Shown: one piece after another, positions 10,426 through 21,924 of the stretch | Position numbering within the stretch: the first letter of the stretch is position 1 | Layout: each line of letters starts with the position of its first letter | Source of the DNA: Aureliella sp. | GTDB lineage: Bacteria > Planctomycetota > Planctomycetia > Pirellulales > Pirellulaceae | Reading direction: 5' to 3' | Length of the DNA: 64,000 nt | NCBI GenBank assembly: GCA_963691875.1 | Contig: OY829846.1 | Location: 768,001-832,000 of the forward strand | Made by a program: the position numbers and the translations under genes | The notes under the pieces: model-generated | Told to the model about the DNA's origin: nothing | What the model saw: the letters and a program-made list of their open reading frames with translations, nothing else | Databases searched by the model: none

Positions 10426-11343
10426 ATGAAGGTTTTTTATTGTGATCATTTTGAATTGCCACTCCCAGCGGGGCATCGCTTTCCCATCGACAAATATCGG
10501 ATCGCTAGGGAGCGCGTTCGAGATGAACTCGGCGAGCGCATTGCTCTAGTTTCAGCACCGTCGGCGACTCGTGATCAACTGACTCGAATCCATAAAGCGG
10601 CCTATGTTGAACAAGTATTCGTTGGCAACCTATCAGATCTTGCCCAGAAACGAATCGGATTTCCTTGGTCCCCCAAGATGCGAGAACGATCCTTGCGTTC
10701 GACGGGAGCAACAATCGCTGCTGCTCAGGCTGCCATCACGGATGGCATTTCCGTGCATCTCTCCGGTGGAACACACCATGCCTTTTCTGAGGAAGGACAA
10801 GGGTTTTGCGTATTTAACGATGTGGCCGTGGCCGCTTGTGACGTACTACACAAAGAACAAGCGAGCAAGATCCTGGTTGTCGACTTGGATGTGCATCAGG
10901 GCAACGGTACCGCTTCTATCTTCCAACACCAAGAGTCAGTTTTTACATTCTCGATGCATGGCAACCGCAACTACCCATTTCGAAAAACCGAAGGAGACTT
11001 GGACATCGGGCTTTCAGATGGCATGGACGATGTGGAGTACTTGCGCATCTTGGGAGAAGCCTTTGAGCAAGCACTTCCATTATCCGACACCGATTTCTGC
11101 TTCTACATCGCGGGCGCCGATCCCTACAAAGAAGACCGCATGGGTCGTCTTGCACTCACGAAGGCCGGCTTGAGGCGACGTGATGAGTACGTCATCGGAC
11201 GCCTCCAAGACCTCGGCACTCCCACAACGGTTGTCATGGGAGGCGGATATGCGGCAGTAGAGGATGTCGCTGAAATCCACGCTGCTACGGTCGAAATTGC
11301 AGTTAGAAGTTTTGAGGAGCGAGACTCAGCCACCGACGGCTAA
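10426..11343 (+). CDS. Histone deacetylase family protein (Zn-dependent deacylase)
   Basis: Motifs 'HRFP..KY', 'GGTHHA', 'GFCVFND', 'DLDVHQGNGT', 'AGAD' and 'GGGY'. Confidence 0.95.
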   Translation: MKVFYCDHFELPLPAGHRFPIDKYRIARERVRDELGERIALVSAPSATRDQLTRIHKAAYVEQVFVGNLSDLAQKRIGFPWSPKMRERSLRSTGATIAAAQAAITDGISVHLSGGTHHAFSEEGQGFCVFNDVAVAACDVLHKEQASKILVVDLDVHQGNGTASIFQHQESVFTFSMHGNRNYPFRKTEGDLDIGLSDGMDDVEYLRILGEAFEQALPLSDTDFCFYIAGADPYKEDRMGRLALTKAGLRRRDEYVIGRLQDLGTPTTVVMGGGYAAVEDVAEIHAATVEIAVRSFEERDSATDG

Positions 11344-11396
11344 AGCCACCGGCAGGCATCTTATCGGCGACAGGCAGGATTTGTATCTACCACCGT

Positions 11397-13898
11397 CTAG
11401 TTTCCGTAAACGGCATGCTTCGCGTCGCCACCGCTCTTCAGATACGCGAGGATCTGAGCGATCTCCTCAGGCTTGAAGGTATCGAGCAGACCGGAAGGCA
11501 TCATCGAAACGGTAGACTCGCGGCGTTCGATAATATCTTCGACACCTACATTTGTGAAATCACCAGGCGCTAGCATATTTGTAACGATCTTGAGCGTATC
11601 TCCGCTCAGATTCGCCACCCGGCCAACAACTACGCCATTCTCAGTCAAAAACTGAGTTGCACCGTATTGATCACTTATTTCTTTGTTCGGATCAATAATT
11701 GCAGTAATCATGTCCTTGTCGTTAAATCGTTTACTTGCTGCGGTCAGATCCGGGCCTTGGATGCCGCCTTGACCGTTGAAGCGATGACACTTGAAGCACT
11801 GTGCTGTAGCGGTTAGAACTCGGCCTTTCTCGTAGTCCGGCTGAATCTTCACGTCAGCTAATACTTTCTGGAGTTCTTGCAAATTCCATTCAGCGACCAG
11901 TTCTCGCGGAGACAAATCAGCCAATGGATCTTTCGGTGCTGGCATCTTGCCTGCAAGCTCTCCGATTTCCGCTTTCTCTTCTTCAGACAATTGCTGCAAG
12001 GCCGCGTCACGAATGTTCTTAAGGAAGCCACCGAAGGATGCACCGCCTCGGGCAGAAGAAACATCGAAGAACCAGCGGAAGTAGGCCAAGCGAGTTTCTT
12101 TGTCCCAGCCTGTTTTCATTTCTCGAAGACAGAACGCAAAGTGAATCTGATCCTCTTGTGCGTTTGCAAGCGTCATTTGTTCAACGCAACGAGCTACGAC
12201 GCCTGGAGCTTCCAGGTAAATCAACTGCTTTGCGAGTTCCCGATTCAGCAGTGCATTTTCGTTCGGAAAGTGTGCATCTAGCTGCAAAAGGATCTTCTTC
12301 TTTTGCTCTTCGTTTGGCGCACCAAGTCGCATCCACACAAGTTCGTGGGCTCTAAGCAACTCAAGCTTCGTAGCTAGCGGTAAACCAGCAAAATTGATAG
12401 CGGAAAGCCGATCGACCAAGATCGCTTGATCCTCCTTTGAACCAGTTCGAGCCAGAGCGTAGGCTACATTGATAACGCCAAGAATCGAGGACTTCTCGAG
12501 TGCCAGCTCACGCCAGCTATCTACGGGAAGATGCTCAAGAACGATCCGAGCTGCATATCTAATTCCCTTATCGGTGTCTCCGATGGACGCCAGTGCCATT
12601 TTGGCACCTTCCGGACTCTTGCTGTCGTGGAAAGTCTCAAGAGCTCGTCGCATTCCGCGATTTCGAGCTAGTACACGTGGCGCAGGCTCTAAATCTCCTT
12701 TAGACAGCGGCTTCGTATACTTCACCCGATAGAGCCCCGAGGCCGTCTTCCGCCCACCAACTGCAAAGTAGAGCATCTTGTCAGTCGGATGCACCAACAC
12801 ATCCGTCACGGCCATGGGCGCCGCCGTCAGAAAGGTTTCATAGTCCCCAGTGTAGGTCGAGCCATCCTCGCGCATATGCACAGCGTGGATCGCCCCATAA
12901 CTCCAGTCACAGATAAAGAGCGCGTCCTGATACTTTCGCGGGAACTGCGTACCGTATCCAAAACAGATTCCGGTAGGAGAGCCTGGACCAATGTTGACCA
13001 CTGCACCGAAACTGTCGCCGTAGTAGTCAGGCCATTTTCCGGTTCCATTCCGCCAGCCAAACTCTGCACCGCTAACAACGTGATTAACTCGAGTCGGTCG
13101 GTACCATGGTGAACCAATATCCCATTCCATGTCGGCATCGTATGTAAATAAGTCGCCGTGCTTGTTGAAAGCGATATCGTACTCGTTGCGAAATCCTGTT
13201 GCGATGAGCTTCAAGTCTGAACCATCGGAAGCCATGCTACAAATCCACCCCCCCGGAGCTAGGCGACCTCGCATGTGACCTCGTGCATCAGGAAGACGAC
13301 CAAGGAGATGGTCTTCGCCCCAAAGACGAGGAGCCACACCATCTTTTGCTGCCGCCGGTATATCCACTTGATTACCACAGCAGAAGTAGATACGACTTTT
13401 GTTGGGAGAAAGTATCAAAGCATGCGGACCATGCTCACCGGCCTTGTCAGACAGCGGCACGATATATTCAACTTTGTCGAATTGATCGTCACCCGTCGTG
13501 TCTCTAAGTCGATAGACACCTGGGCCTTCCGCCAAAGTTCCTTCACGTTGTTTCTTATTTGCATTGATGTTGATGTATAGCGAGTCAAAGGCGTAGAGCA
13601 TGCCCTGAGCTAAGCCAATGTTCACGTCGAGCTGCTCCACTGCGGCGACACCATCGTTGAGCGTCGTCCGATACAGCTTGCCGTACTGGTCGCTAGCAAT
13701 GATTCGACCTTTGTCGTCGGTGCAAAGCGAAACCCAAGAACCGTGACCAGCTTTGCTGACGTCATGAACGAGTTCGACCTCGAAGCCAGGTAAGGTTTTG
13801 AACGCGCCGGCAGGACCATCTTCCGCGCTGGCACTAGGAACTACGAACAGGGACGTAAGGAAGACATAAACGAGGAACTGTCGCATATGGAGATTCAT
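11397..13898 (-). CDS. PVC-type heme-binding membrane-bound dehydrogenase-like protein (propeller + HEAT + cytochrome c)
   Basis: Motifs 'LPGFEVELV', 'GEHGPH', 'GFRNEYDIAF', 'DADMEWD', HEAT-like repeats, CFKCH plus 'GPDLT', and 'SMMPSGL'. Confidence 0.9.
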   Translation of the reverse strand: MNLHMRQFLVYVFLTSLFVVPSASAEDGPAGAFKTLPGFEVELVHDVSKAGHGSWVSLCTDDKGRIIASDQYGKLYRTTLNDGVAAVEQLDVNIGLAQGMLYAFDSLYININANKKQREGTLAEGPGVYRLRDTTGDDQFDKVEYIVPLSDKAGEHGPHALILSPNKSRIYFCCGNQVDIPAAAKDGVAPRLWGEDHLLGRLPDARGHMRGRLAPGGWICSMASDGSDLKLIATGFRNEYDIAFNKHGDLFTYDADMEWDIGSPWYRPTRVNHVVSGAEFGWRNGTGKWPDYYGDSFGAVVNIGPGSPTGICFGYGTQFPRKYQDALFICDWSYGAIHAVHMREDGSTYTGDYETFLTAAPMAVTDVLVHPTDKMLYFAVGGRKTASGLYRVKYTKPLSKGDLEPAPRVLARNRGMRRALETFHDSKSPEGAKMALASIGDTDKGIRYAARIVLEHLPVDSWRELALEKSSILGVINVAYALARTGSKEDQAILVDRLSAINFAGLPLATKLELLRAHELVWMRLGAPNEEQKKKILLQLDAHFPNENALLNRELAKQLIYLEAPGVVARCVEQMTLANAQEDQIHFAFCLREMKTGWDKETRLAYFRWFFDVSSARGGASFGGFLKNIRDAALQQLSEEEKAEIGELAGKMPAPKDPLADLSPRELVAEWNLQELQKVLADVKIQPDYEKGRVLTATAQCFKCHRFNGQGGIQGPDLTAASKRFNDKDMITAIIDPNKEISDQYGATQFLTENGVVVGRVANLSGDTLKIVTNMLAPGDFTNVGVEDIIERRESTVSMMPSGLLDTFKPEEIAQILAYLKSGGDAKHAVYGN

Positions 13899-13952
13899 CA
13901 AGGCGAGTAACGGAGGAAAGTAATCACTGCACGCTATGCAGCATATCTGCCC

Positions 13953-14060
13953 ATTATACATCCGCCAGTAGGGTGGATGCTCCCACTAAGAGGAAGAGCC
14001 GCGGGTTCTGGCTGCATGACCACCGTGAGTCTACGAGAAACTCGGGTTTTTCCATATAAT
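13953..14060. promoter_or_regulatory. Divergent promoter region with two perfect TATAAT -10 boxes
   Basis: TATAAT on the minus strand at 13953-13958 and on the plus strand at 14055-14060, each a short distance upstream of a divergent gene. No clear -35 boxes. Confidence 0.45.
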
Positions 14061-14095
14061 TGCGGGTTAAAGTAAGCCCCCATTTGGAAATAAGA

Positions 14096-17000
14096 ATGAC
14101 AATCAGTTGGAAAGACCTTGGTGAAGATTGGCTAGTCGAAGACTCTAGTGTTGCTCTTGGATGGGATGCAACCAAAGCTTCCGAGGAGCAAAAGCAGCTG
14201 CGAGAGTACTTAGCAATGCAGCTGGACGTAAACGGCCTAGCTGTTCCCGCATCGAAAGAGACTGGCGCCTTCAGCGTTGGCTTTCTTTCGAGCCTACGTG
14301 AAAAGAATCGCCTGCTATCTGGCCACACACCAGCTGTCGATCGTCGCATTGAAGCTTTTCTTGCATCCCATTTCGACGCAGAAACCTTCGGAGCCTTACA
14401 ACTCCCCAAATCCTCTTTCGTACTCGATCGACATGGCTTGGCTCGACAACTGAGCCTACCTGCTGAAGGTGACGAGTTTGAGAACGACTTGCTATCGAGC
14501 TACCGAGTCTTCAACGGTGTTGTTCACAATCCGGCAGCAGACCGTCGGACCACCAAAGGCACTTTTCACGTTTGTGAAGGTGGGTTACCAATTCCAGCGG
14601 ATAAACGCGCCGTCCCCAAGAAAGTTTTCGCGCGGTTGTTTCAGCATGCGATGAATCCGCCGAAACAATGGTTGAAGCTTCCGTACCTGCATGGCCAGGA
14701 AGGCATAAATGAAACCTTTGTCTCATTGCTAATTCGACCGTTGGTTTGTCCAGCAGTACCGGGCTATTGTAGCCATAAGAAGATGGAGGTGCGTTTCTTT
14801 GTTCCGGGAGGTCTGGTTAGCAACTTGGACTTTGTCGAATCCATTTTCGGCAACGGAGGCGATCCATTGCTTGCCGAGAACGACGCAGGGCTCGATGTCG
14901 AACATTGGTCGGGTCATACGGGAACAGTCATTCTTGCTCCGCACCTTTGTCATTTGACAAAGAAGGAGCTTGGCTTGCCCCACATCGACGACGCATCGGA
15001 ACGTCAGCGGCGCGATGAAATGTGCTACCAAGCGGAGGATGAGAAATACAATGGCGGCACGGCCTTCAAAGTCACTTGCCGAACAGCAGACGGAGTCATT
15101 GTCACCCTGATTGCAGACAACTATTTCGGATACTGCAAGAAGGAAGTCAAGACTCAGATCAGCTACGCCACCAACTTGATGGGCAACGCGGAAGAGGAGC
15201 ACGCCGGCGGCACGATGGCATTCCCGAGTTGGTCACTTGGCGACGAGTTCCAGGTCAAGTCGCAGCAGTATAACGGCCGCACGATGCAAGACATGCAACG
15301 CGACTATGGCAACTTCATCGCGTTTCAGCCCGAGGGATACGGACTGGACAAGAATTGCAAGTCGCTGGTTTACATCCCAGAGGCAGCCAAAGCCAGCTTG
15401 TACGATCAGAAGATCCACTGGACGCAGGACGACAAGCCACAGAGCATTCCCTTGCAGCCGGGCATCACCTACATGGCGCCCAGTGGCTATCGTATCCAGA
15501 TGGAAAAGCACCCCAAGGCACCATCATGGCGACTGATCGGGATCAGTGGGGAAGGAATTGTTTGCCACAAGCCCTGCACGGTCAGCGGTGGTGGCAAAAG
15601 TGAGATCTCGAAATCACTGCGTGATTATATGCTCGCCGGACCAATCTTTGTCGGGGACCTAAAATCCGATTTCCAGAAGATCGATGATATCTTCAGCAAA
15701 GACTACTCCAAGCGCTGGCGACGTGACTACGCAGACAAACCAGACTACGGCAAGACGCCGAGTCGTTCAGTGCTGGACCCCACTCGATCCCTTGGCAGCT
15801 TCATCAAGTTGATGACGCCCTCGACGGATTACACGGAAAAGTACAACGCCTGGCTCAAGGACATTCCGGGCCACATCTATGCGATGGCCTTCATTATCAA
15901 GCGTTTTTCTAAGCCAGAGTGGGGCGAAGATTGGGAGAAGCATTTCTCAGTCGACAACGTGAACGGCGAGCCCGGCCACGAAATGAAATACCGCAACCGC
16001 AAACTCGTCGGAATGTATTTGCGTGTTGGTTTGGATGGTGAAAAGCGTTGGCAAACTTACAAAGTAAGGCAAGACTTTGCCAGCGCTTGCAAAATCCAGC
16101 TAGAAGATGACATCAGTGCATCCGTGGTCGTGCCGGGTTCGAATTTGGGAGACGGTTTCGATGCGTCAAGCAGCTACAAGTTCGTCGCGAACTGCGAGTA
16201 CCGGTTGTTCCAACGCCCAGACGATGCCGTGCATCGCGGCTTGGACAAACAGACAGAGAAAGATATGGCACGCAGCCAGAATTTCTTCTGCAACTACGAA
16301 CCGCTAGGCCGAGCGGAAGCCGAGGCCTTGGCTGCGGACGTCTTGCAATTCGGCGACTTCACCCAGCCAATGCAAGACATGCTGAATGATGCACGTGACG
16401 AAGACTCGGCCTTCGTAGTCAGTTCAGCTCATCCGCGCCTTGTGGATGGAGTCCCTTCGAAGAATCCACGCTACTTGCAGGATCGAACAGATCTATCAGA
16501 TCCCGACCAAGTCTACATCGCGAAACAAAGCGTTCGCTTAAATCGCGCACTGGCAGCCGACTCCCCGATTTACCAACCAGTGTCAGCAGTCCTTTCTGGA
16601 CGTCGGAATAATCCGCCAGATAAGAAAGCAGGGATTCGCTCGCTGGCAGTCTACAATCCGATCCATTTTCAGGAGTTGCCTGAGCTGTTCATGGATTATG
16701 TGTGCTCGCTAACCGGTAAAAGTCCTTCGACAACGGGCGCTGGCAGTGAAGGTGCCCTAACCAAGGGTCCTTTCAATGCCTTGCTGCCAATTCACGATTT
16801 GAATGCAGCCTTGGTCAGCATGATTCTGACTCGCATCGGCGGATTTTCGACGGCAGCTGGCTACGTCGGCAGCGATATTGAGGTCGGACACGACATCAGC
16901 TTCCTCGTTCCCGAGCTCTGGTGCCGACTCGATGCATCACAGCGAGATCCAGAGTACTTGATCAAAGAGAAGCTCCTAGAAAAAATGGAGGACTACCAGT

Positions 17001-17578
17001 TCCAAGGCCGTCAGATTCTGGCAAGTCGGCTTGGCTATCGAATCACCGAGCGATTCGTGAGGATGTTCTTCGGTCGGCTGTTCGATAATCCAGATAAAGT
17101 CTTCGACAAGCGAATTCTTTGCCCAGAGGTTCAAGACGAAGAGGGCTTTGCTGACGGCGTCGACCACATCGTCGAAGCCCAGCAAAAGGTCGCAGCAAGA
17201 TACTTCGAGGATGGCAGCTATGAATTGGCTTGCCCACCGCTCAAGGCCGTTCTGTCTGTGATGGCTCATGGAAATTGGGAAGGTAGGACGTTGGATGATC
17301 CTGAAGTACGAGCGATGTTTACCCGTGATTCACTTCTGGCAAGCGACTGGTATCAAGCTCGCTTGGCTGCCAAGCAACATTCTGACATTCGCTTGTGGAC
17401 GGCGCATAAAGATTACTTGAGTCAATTCACCGATGATCCACAGCAAGTAGATCTCGTGAACCGCCATGATCTTCAGGACCGGTTGCAGGAAGCTGAGGCC
17501 AAACTGGGGGAAGTAAGCGAGCCTAGCTATCTTAGTAGCCTCATTGGCACCCTTGGAACCGACCCAAGCCTGACCTAG
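14096..17578 (+). CDS. PPi-dependent phosphoenolpyruvate carboxykinase (PEP carboxytransphosphorylase, EC 4.1.1.38)
   Basis: About 1160 aa. Motifs 'NGVVHNP..DRRTTKGTFHV', 'NLDFVESIFGNGGDP', 'ADNYFGYCKKEVKTQIS', 'HKPCTVSGGGKSEISKS' and 'GKSPSTTGAGSEGALTKGPFN' match the PPi-PEPCK family. Start codon uncertain. Confidence 0.9.
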   Translation: MTISWKDLGEDWLVEDSSVALGWDATKASEEQKQLREYLAMQLDVNGLAVPASKETGAFSVGFLSSLREKNRLLSGHTPAVDRRIEAFLASHFDAETFGALQLPKSSFVLDRHGLARQLSLPAEGDEFENDLLSSYRVFNGVVHNPAADRRTTKGTFHVCEGGLPIPADKRAVPKKVFARLFQHAMNPPKQWLKLPYLHGQEGINETFVSLLIRPLVCPAVPGYCSHKKMEVRFFVPGGLVSNLDFVESIFGNGGDPLLAENDAGLDVEHWSGHTGTVILAPHLCHLTKKELGLPHIDDASERQRRDEMCYQAEDEKYNGGTAFKVTCRTADGVIVTLIADNYFGYCKKEVKTQISYATNLMGNAEEEHAGGTMAFPSWSLGDEFQVKSQQYNGRTMQDMQRDYGNFIAFQPEGYGLDKNCKSLVYIPEAAKASLYDQKIHWTQDDKPQSIPLQPGITYMAPSGYRIQMEKHPKAPSWRLIGISGEGIVCHKPCTVSGGGKSEISKSLRDYMLAGPIFVGDLKSDFQKIDDIFSKDYSKRWRRDYADKPDYGKTPSRSVLDPTRSLGSFIKLMTPSTDYTEKYNAWLKDIPGHIYAMAFIIKRFSKPEWGEDWEKHFSVDNVNGEPGHEMKYRNRKLVGMYLRVGLDGEKRWQTYKVRQDFASACKIQLEDDISASVVVPGSNLGDGFDASSSYKFVANCEYRLFQRPDDAVHRGLDKQTEKDMARSQNFFCNYEPLGRAEAEALAADVLQFGDFTQPMQDMLNDARDEDSAFVVSSAHPRLVDGVPSKNPRYLQDRTDLSDPDQVYIAKQSVRLNRALAADSPIYQPVSAVLSGRRNNPPDKKAGIRSLAVYNPIHFQELPELFMDYVCSLTGKSPSTTGAGSEGALTKGPFNALLPIHDLNAALVSMILTRIGGFSTAAGYVGSDIEVGHDISFLVPELWCRLDASQRDPEYLIKEKLLEKMEDYQFQGRQILASRLGYRITERFVRMFFGRLFDNPDKVFDKRILCPEVQDEEGFADGVDHIVEAQQKVAARYFEDGSYELACPPLKAVLSVMAHGNWEGRTLDDPEVRAMFTRDSLLASDWYQARLAAKQHSDIRLWTAHKDYLSQFTDDPQQVDLVNRHDLQDRLQEAEAKLGEVSEPSYLSSLIGTLGTDPSLT

Positions 17579-17868
17579 AGTCTTAACTCTCGTGTGTACA
17601 TCACAACCCAACGCTTCATTCATAAAGTTGCTATTTTCGAATCTCGGAACGAGGATTGCAGCCCTTTTTTGTTGGGCTTCTGCGACTTACTCTTCTTGGA
17701 GAAAGTCGCGAATAACACGAGCGGAGTGGGGCCAATCTAGAGATTCGAAATCCGCACTAATGTCCATATTCGGGCCCAGCGTTTTCCTGCCCTAGTCGCA
17801 CCGGTCTTTGCGTGACAATCGGACCGTTTTCATTACTTGCAGGTCAAAAACTGGATCGCCCCAAGTGC

Positions 17869-18222
17869 ATGAAGCTTGTGGCAGTTGCTTTAGAAGAGCT
17901 ACCAACGGAGTCCTCGAGCGTTTAAATCAAGGTCTGCTGTGACGAAAGATTGGTCGATCTCACTTGCGAATTCACGCTCAGGACGGAAAGGCTCCTCTCT
18001 GGGAAAGCGGATGAACAGTGGAATAATCAGAGCAGCGTGACCTTTGGAAAACAGAGTATCTATTCGCGGCGCGACAGATTCAAGCAGTTCACTAACATCG
18101 AATCTCATTCCGATCTCGCCGAGTCAATCGATCAAGCACTCGAGGCAGATGATGCCGGCAAAATAAAGGAGCTTGATCTCAAAAGCGAAGTTCTCATCCT
18201 TCTCCGATTCGCCCCCAATTAG
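17869..18222 (+). pseudogene. Possible interrupted hypothetical gene
   Basis: ATG at 17869, in-frame TAA at 17923-17925, and the frame then stays open to 18222 with protein-like composition. Confidence 0.3.
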
Positions 18223-18330
18223 TTGCCGAGGAGGGATTACAAAGGTTTCCGGGCGTCGTTATGCAAAAAGGCGTTCCCCTTAAGAAACGCCTTTCCGGTG
18301 CAAATACTTCATCACGATCTGCCTAGCCTA

Positions 18331-20754
18331 CTAATCCCAGGCATTCACAACTTCACCATCATCTCGACTGAAAAGTGCCTTCCAAGTATCGATATCCAGG
18401 TACTCGGAGAGGAATTGCACTGAACCATCCCCTAACACGGCGTTGGTGCCGTCGGGGTATGGCCCGAAAAGCTGCCAATATGTGTCAGGATCAAACTCAA
18501 ACTCAGTCGGTTTCGTCCATGGCTCAGCGAGTTGGTCAGACGCTTCAATGACCATGATCGTAATAGAAAGCCCATCGGTGACCTGCCCAAACCGGATACC
18601 TTGCTCGTCGTCGGGATTGTTAGAGAGCATCCCGTGTTCCCCGCCATTTCCCAAATAAACGGTCATGCCTGGGTCGGCCATACTCACGGGCGAACGGTAG
18701 GCATCGGGCATTTCCTCAAGCAGAGCAATGTTGTGATCGCTGTCCCAGGGTTCATCCAAATTAAAACGCTCGTAGAGATTCGTGTATCCCAGGAACGGAA
18801 GCAGTTTGACGCGCCAGCTAAGCAGGGGAGTTCCGTCCTCCGCCTTGGTGTAAGCGGCAGGCAGGAGGCTGCGGTAGGCTGCTCCATGATTGTGGACCGC
18901 CAATCCAATTTGCTTCAAATTATTTACAGAGGTAGCTCGCCGTGCCGAGTCACGGGCAGCCTGAACCGCTGGCAAAAGAAGTGCCATGCCAATCGGGCCT
19001 GCTACCACAATATTCACCGACGGAACGGTTTGATAGCTAGTAAGCTGCCACCCACCCTCGTCGCTTCGCAGTACGGATTGCGAAGGAAGAATATGGCGAT
19101 AGACACTCCGATACGAAGGCAGTGTAACTTGCGAAAGAGTTTGCCCCAGCACCTCAGCATCCGGCCCCAAACCAGCTTCATCTGCAAAAACACCGGCCAT
19201 GCCGCCGAACATTGCACCGTAGGCATAGATCATTTCATACTGCCGCTTCACATCCTGATATGCGAAGCCAACGATCCCTTCTTCGACCGCAAGCTCACTT
19301 AAATCTAGCCTCTCGTCGCTTGGCGCCGGATCAACATAAGGCCGGAGGGTCTGTGGATAAAGGCTGACCCACAAATGCCCGTCGTGCAGAGACCAGCTAG
19401 GCTGAACCGGCATGGGGAAATCTGGGATAGTAAGAGTGTAGACAGTCGCATCTGCGAGATCGCGAGCTTGAATCTGGGGACCACCTCGTACGTCAAGCTG
19501 CTGAAAAGTGGAAATAAGATCCTGATTGACTCTCTCAAGAGCGACTTGATCCTTTAGGTCTACCGTCAGCAGAGTGCCTACCCCAAGTCCGTCTCCGGCG
19601 CCATTGAAAAGAGTCCAGGTGGATCCTAAATGAGCAAGAATGTCAGTCTGTGGATTGATTCCTATCTCATCCTCAATCTGCCCCATTTCACGTTCGAAGC
19701 CATCCACGTCACGTGGCGAAAATCCACGCGCGAGTGCGATGACCTTCGTCATCACATCATTCAAGTTGATCGAGATACTTGTGACATAGAGTGCATCCGC
19801 TGGAACATTCTCTAGCGACTTGAGATTCAGCGGCTCGGTTCCAACCATGGTGAGCAATCCGGACGCTGGACCATTCCAGCTTAGTCTCGCATGGTCCACC
19901 AACGCGGTTTCATCGTAGCCCGAACTGCTGGTGATGCTCTTCAAGCTATGCAGACCAAGTGCCTGAACCATAGGCTGTATCGCTTGAGCAGCTGGTCCAG
20001 CTGTTTCCATCGCTTGGCCATAGATGGCTTCTAGATTAACAAAGCCTACTGAAGTACGACGCGGTACAGGCAGTTGTTTTTCGAGTTCTGCTAGCCACTT
20101 GGGTTTACCGCGATCAGACTTCCCACGTGCAGCTTGTACGAGCTTGGTCATGCTCGCGCGGCCGACACCAACAAGCAACTTGCCATCGACAGCAGAAAGA
20201 TAGACAACGGACTTGAAGGGAGACTCTGGTAACATGACCGCGTAAGCGTCTCGCTCTTCCATCTTGCCTTTTCGCAGCGGCAAGCCTTCACTATCGGCCA
20301 TCGTGATCAGAGATTTCAAAAACTGCTCCGCCCCGTCGCCGAATTCAAAGGCAAGCCCAGCCTCAACCTTGACGGATTTTTCCTGCATGTTGACGTCTAC
20401 AGACTCAACGAGCAAACAACCTGGACGCGCGAAGAGCATGCCCATTACTTGCGGCATTATCGCCTTGACGGCTTGTTGCTTCAAAGCCGGTTGATCCCGC
20501 ATTGCCAGAGTAGCTAAGACCGTGATTTGTTCCGTGATCTGTTCACCGAACTCAACAATCTCCGGCTCGTTCATCATGAGCTCCGCCTGATTAGTTGAAC
20601 CCTCGGCTGCAGGCTGTAGCCCTGTCCAGCTGGAGAACATCAAGCAGTTCTCCGGCGCGACGGAGTAGCCGAAAGAACCTTCCTGCGCGAGTGATTGCGG
20701 AACACAGAAAATGGATAGAGTCAGCATGAGCAAAAAGGGCGTCGGACGTCGCAT
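18331..20754 (-). CDS. DUF1559 domain-containing secreted protein (planctomycete-specific) with a large N-terminal domain
   Basis: Motifs '[29 protein letters not shown]', '[12 protein letters not shown]', 'DEPWDS.HN', 'TDGLS.TI' and 'N....DGSV'. Confidence 0.9.
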   Translation of the reverse strand: MRRPTPFLLMLTLSIFCVPQSLAQEGSFGYSVAPENCLMFSSWTGLQPAAEGSTNQAELMMNEPEIVEFGEQITEQITVLATLAMRDQPALKQQAVKAIMPQVMGMLFARPGCLLVESVDVNMQEKSVKVEAGLAFEFGDGAEQFLKSLITMADSEGLPLRKGKMEERDAYAVMLPESPFKSVVYLSAVDGKLLVGVGRASMTKLVQAARGKSDRGKPKWLAELEKQLPVPRRTSVGFVNLEAIYGQAMETAGPAAQAIQPMVQALGLHSLKSITSSSGYDETALVDHARLSWNGPASGLLTMVGTEPLNLKSLENVPADALYVTSISINLNDVMTKVIALARGFSPRDVDGFEREMGQIEDEIGINPQTDILAHLGSTWTLFNGAGDGLGVGTLLTVDLKDQVALERVNQDLISTFQQLDVRGGPQIQARDLADATVYTLTIPDFPMPVQPSWSLHDGHLWVSLYPQTLRPYVDPAPSDERLDLSELAVEEGIVGFAYQDVKRQYEMIYAYGAMFGGMAGVFADEAGLGPDAEVLGQTLSQVTLPSYRSVYRHILPSQSVLRSDEGGWQLTSYQTVPSVNIVVAGPIGMALLLPAVQAARDSARRATSVNNLKQIGLAVHNHGAAYRSLLPAAYTKAEDGTPLLSWRVKLLPFLGYTNLYERFNLDEPWDSDHNIALLEEMPDAYRSPVSMADPGMTVYLGNGGEHGMLSNNPDDEQGIRFGQVTDGLSITIMVIEASDQLAEPWTKPTEFEFDPDTYWQLFGPYPDGTNAVLGDGSVQFLSEYLDIDTWKALFSRDDGEVVNAWD

Positions 20755-21207
20755 ATCTCGTCTCTCAGGAAGAAATGAAGTCTGAACTTCGGTCCCAAGC
20801 TAAGTAGCCCTTGGCGACCTCATTCTGCGGCATGGCAGTGTATCATGCTTAGTGCGTACCTGCACAAACAGAAGACAGAACTCCTCGATGAGTTATTCCC
20901 ACTCAAGCCGGCGTGTTCCGACTCACAGTAAGAGAGTCCCAGTCATACGAATTCGTCTATAGTCGCCGATCGATTTGCGTTCGTAGCTTTCGACATGAGA
21001 TATGCTTATAGCTTTTCTGGACGACTCAAACTCGATTTGATCGAGCCCGGCGAGTTGTGCGGATGACAAGCAGGATGCCCTTTTGAATCAAGATATTATT
21101 TTTTAGTTCCGCTGCCGACTTTTGATCAGTTCGAGAGCCAGGGATGGCCGACGCCTTTCGGCGATGCGGCTCACCAATTTCGACCTGAACTGCGAATTCG
21201 GAGCCTA

Positions 21208-21924
21208 CTAATCTCGGTTAGATGCTTGCGAAAAGCGATATAGATAGTAGAGCAACGTGAGAACTGCTTGCAAAGTTGCAGCTACATAGGTCAATGCAGC
21301 TGCATTCAGTACGCGACTCACGTAGTGAATCTCGTTGCCGGACACGATTCCGAGCTCGACGAGTTCTCGCTTCGCGCGGGAACTGGCATTGAATTCAACC
21401 GGCAAGTTCACAAGCTGGAATGCCACAACTCCCGCAAAACAAATGATGCCCAGCAAAAGGACTGGCTTTCCCAACGGCGCCATGCCGTAAAAAACCATGG
21501 CAAGTCCAGCCATCATTGCTAAACTCCCGAAACCACTGCCGAAGTTTGCAGCGGGAACGGCGAGGTTACGCACGACGAGCGGTGCGTATTTTTGGGCGTC
21601 CTGCAAAGCATGCCCGACCTCGTGCGCAGCAATTCCTACAGCCGCCATAGAATTTCCGTGGTAGTTCTCTTGGCTCAGTCTCACGACTTTTGCCTTCGGA
21701 TCGTAGTGATCGGAAAGTCTTCCAGCGACCGACTCAATGTTCACATCGTACAGGCCCCGGGCGTCAAGAATCCTTCTCGCAGCTTGAAAGCCGGTAGACG
21801 AAGCACCTACTTGACTCATTTGGTTATAAGCGGATTTCACCATCCACTGAGCTGCCATCGCCAGCAAGAATGCGGGTGCCAGAAAAATCATCAGGCCGAA
21901 ATCAAGAAAGGGACTACCAAACAT
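21208..21924 (-). CDS. Membrane zinc metallopeptidase (YugP / Zn_peptidase_2 family)
   Basis: Motifs 'LSDHYDP', HExxH 'AAHEVGHALQ', 'LPVEFNASSRA' and 'AAALTYVAA'. Confidence 0.92.
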   Translation of the reverse strand: MFGSPFLDFGLMIFLAPAFLLAMAAQWMVKSAYNQMSQVGASSTGFQAARRILDARGLYDVNIESVAGRLSDHYDPKAKVVRLSQENYHGNSMAAVGIAAHEVGHALQDAQKYAPLVVRNLAVPAANFGSGFGSLAMMAGLAMVFYGMAPLGKPVLLLGIICFAGVVAFQLVNLPVEFNASSRAKRELVELGIVSGNEIHYVSRVLNAAALTYVAATLQAVLTLLYYLYRFSQASNRD

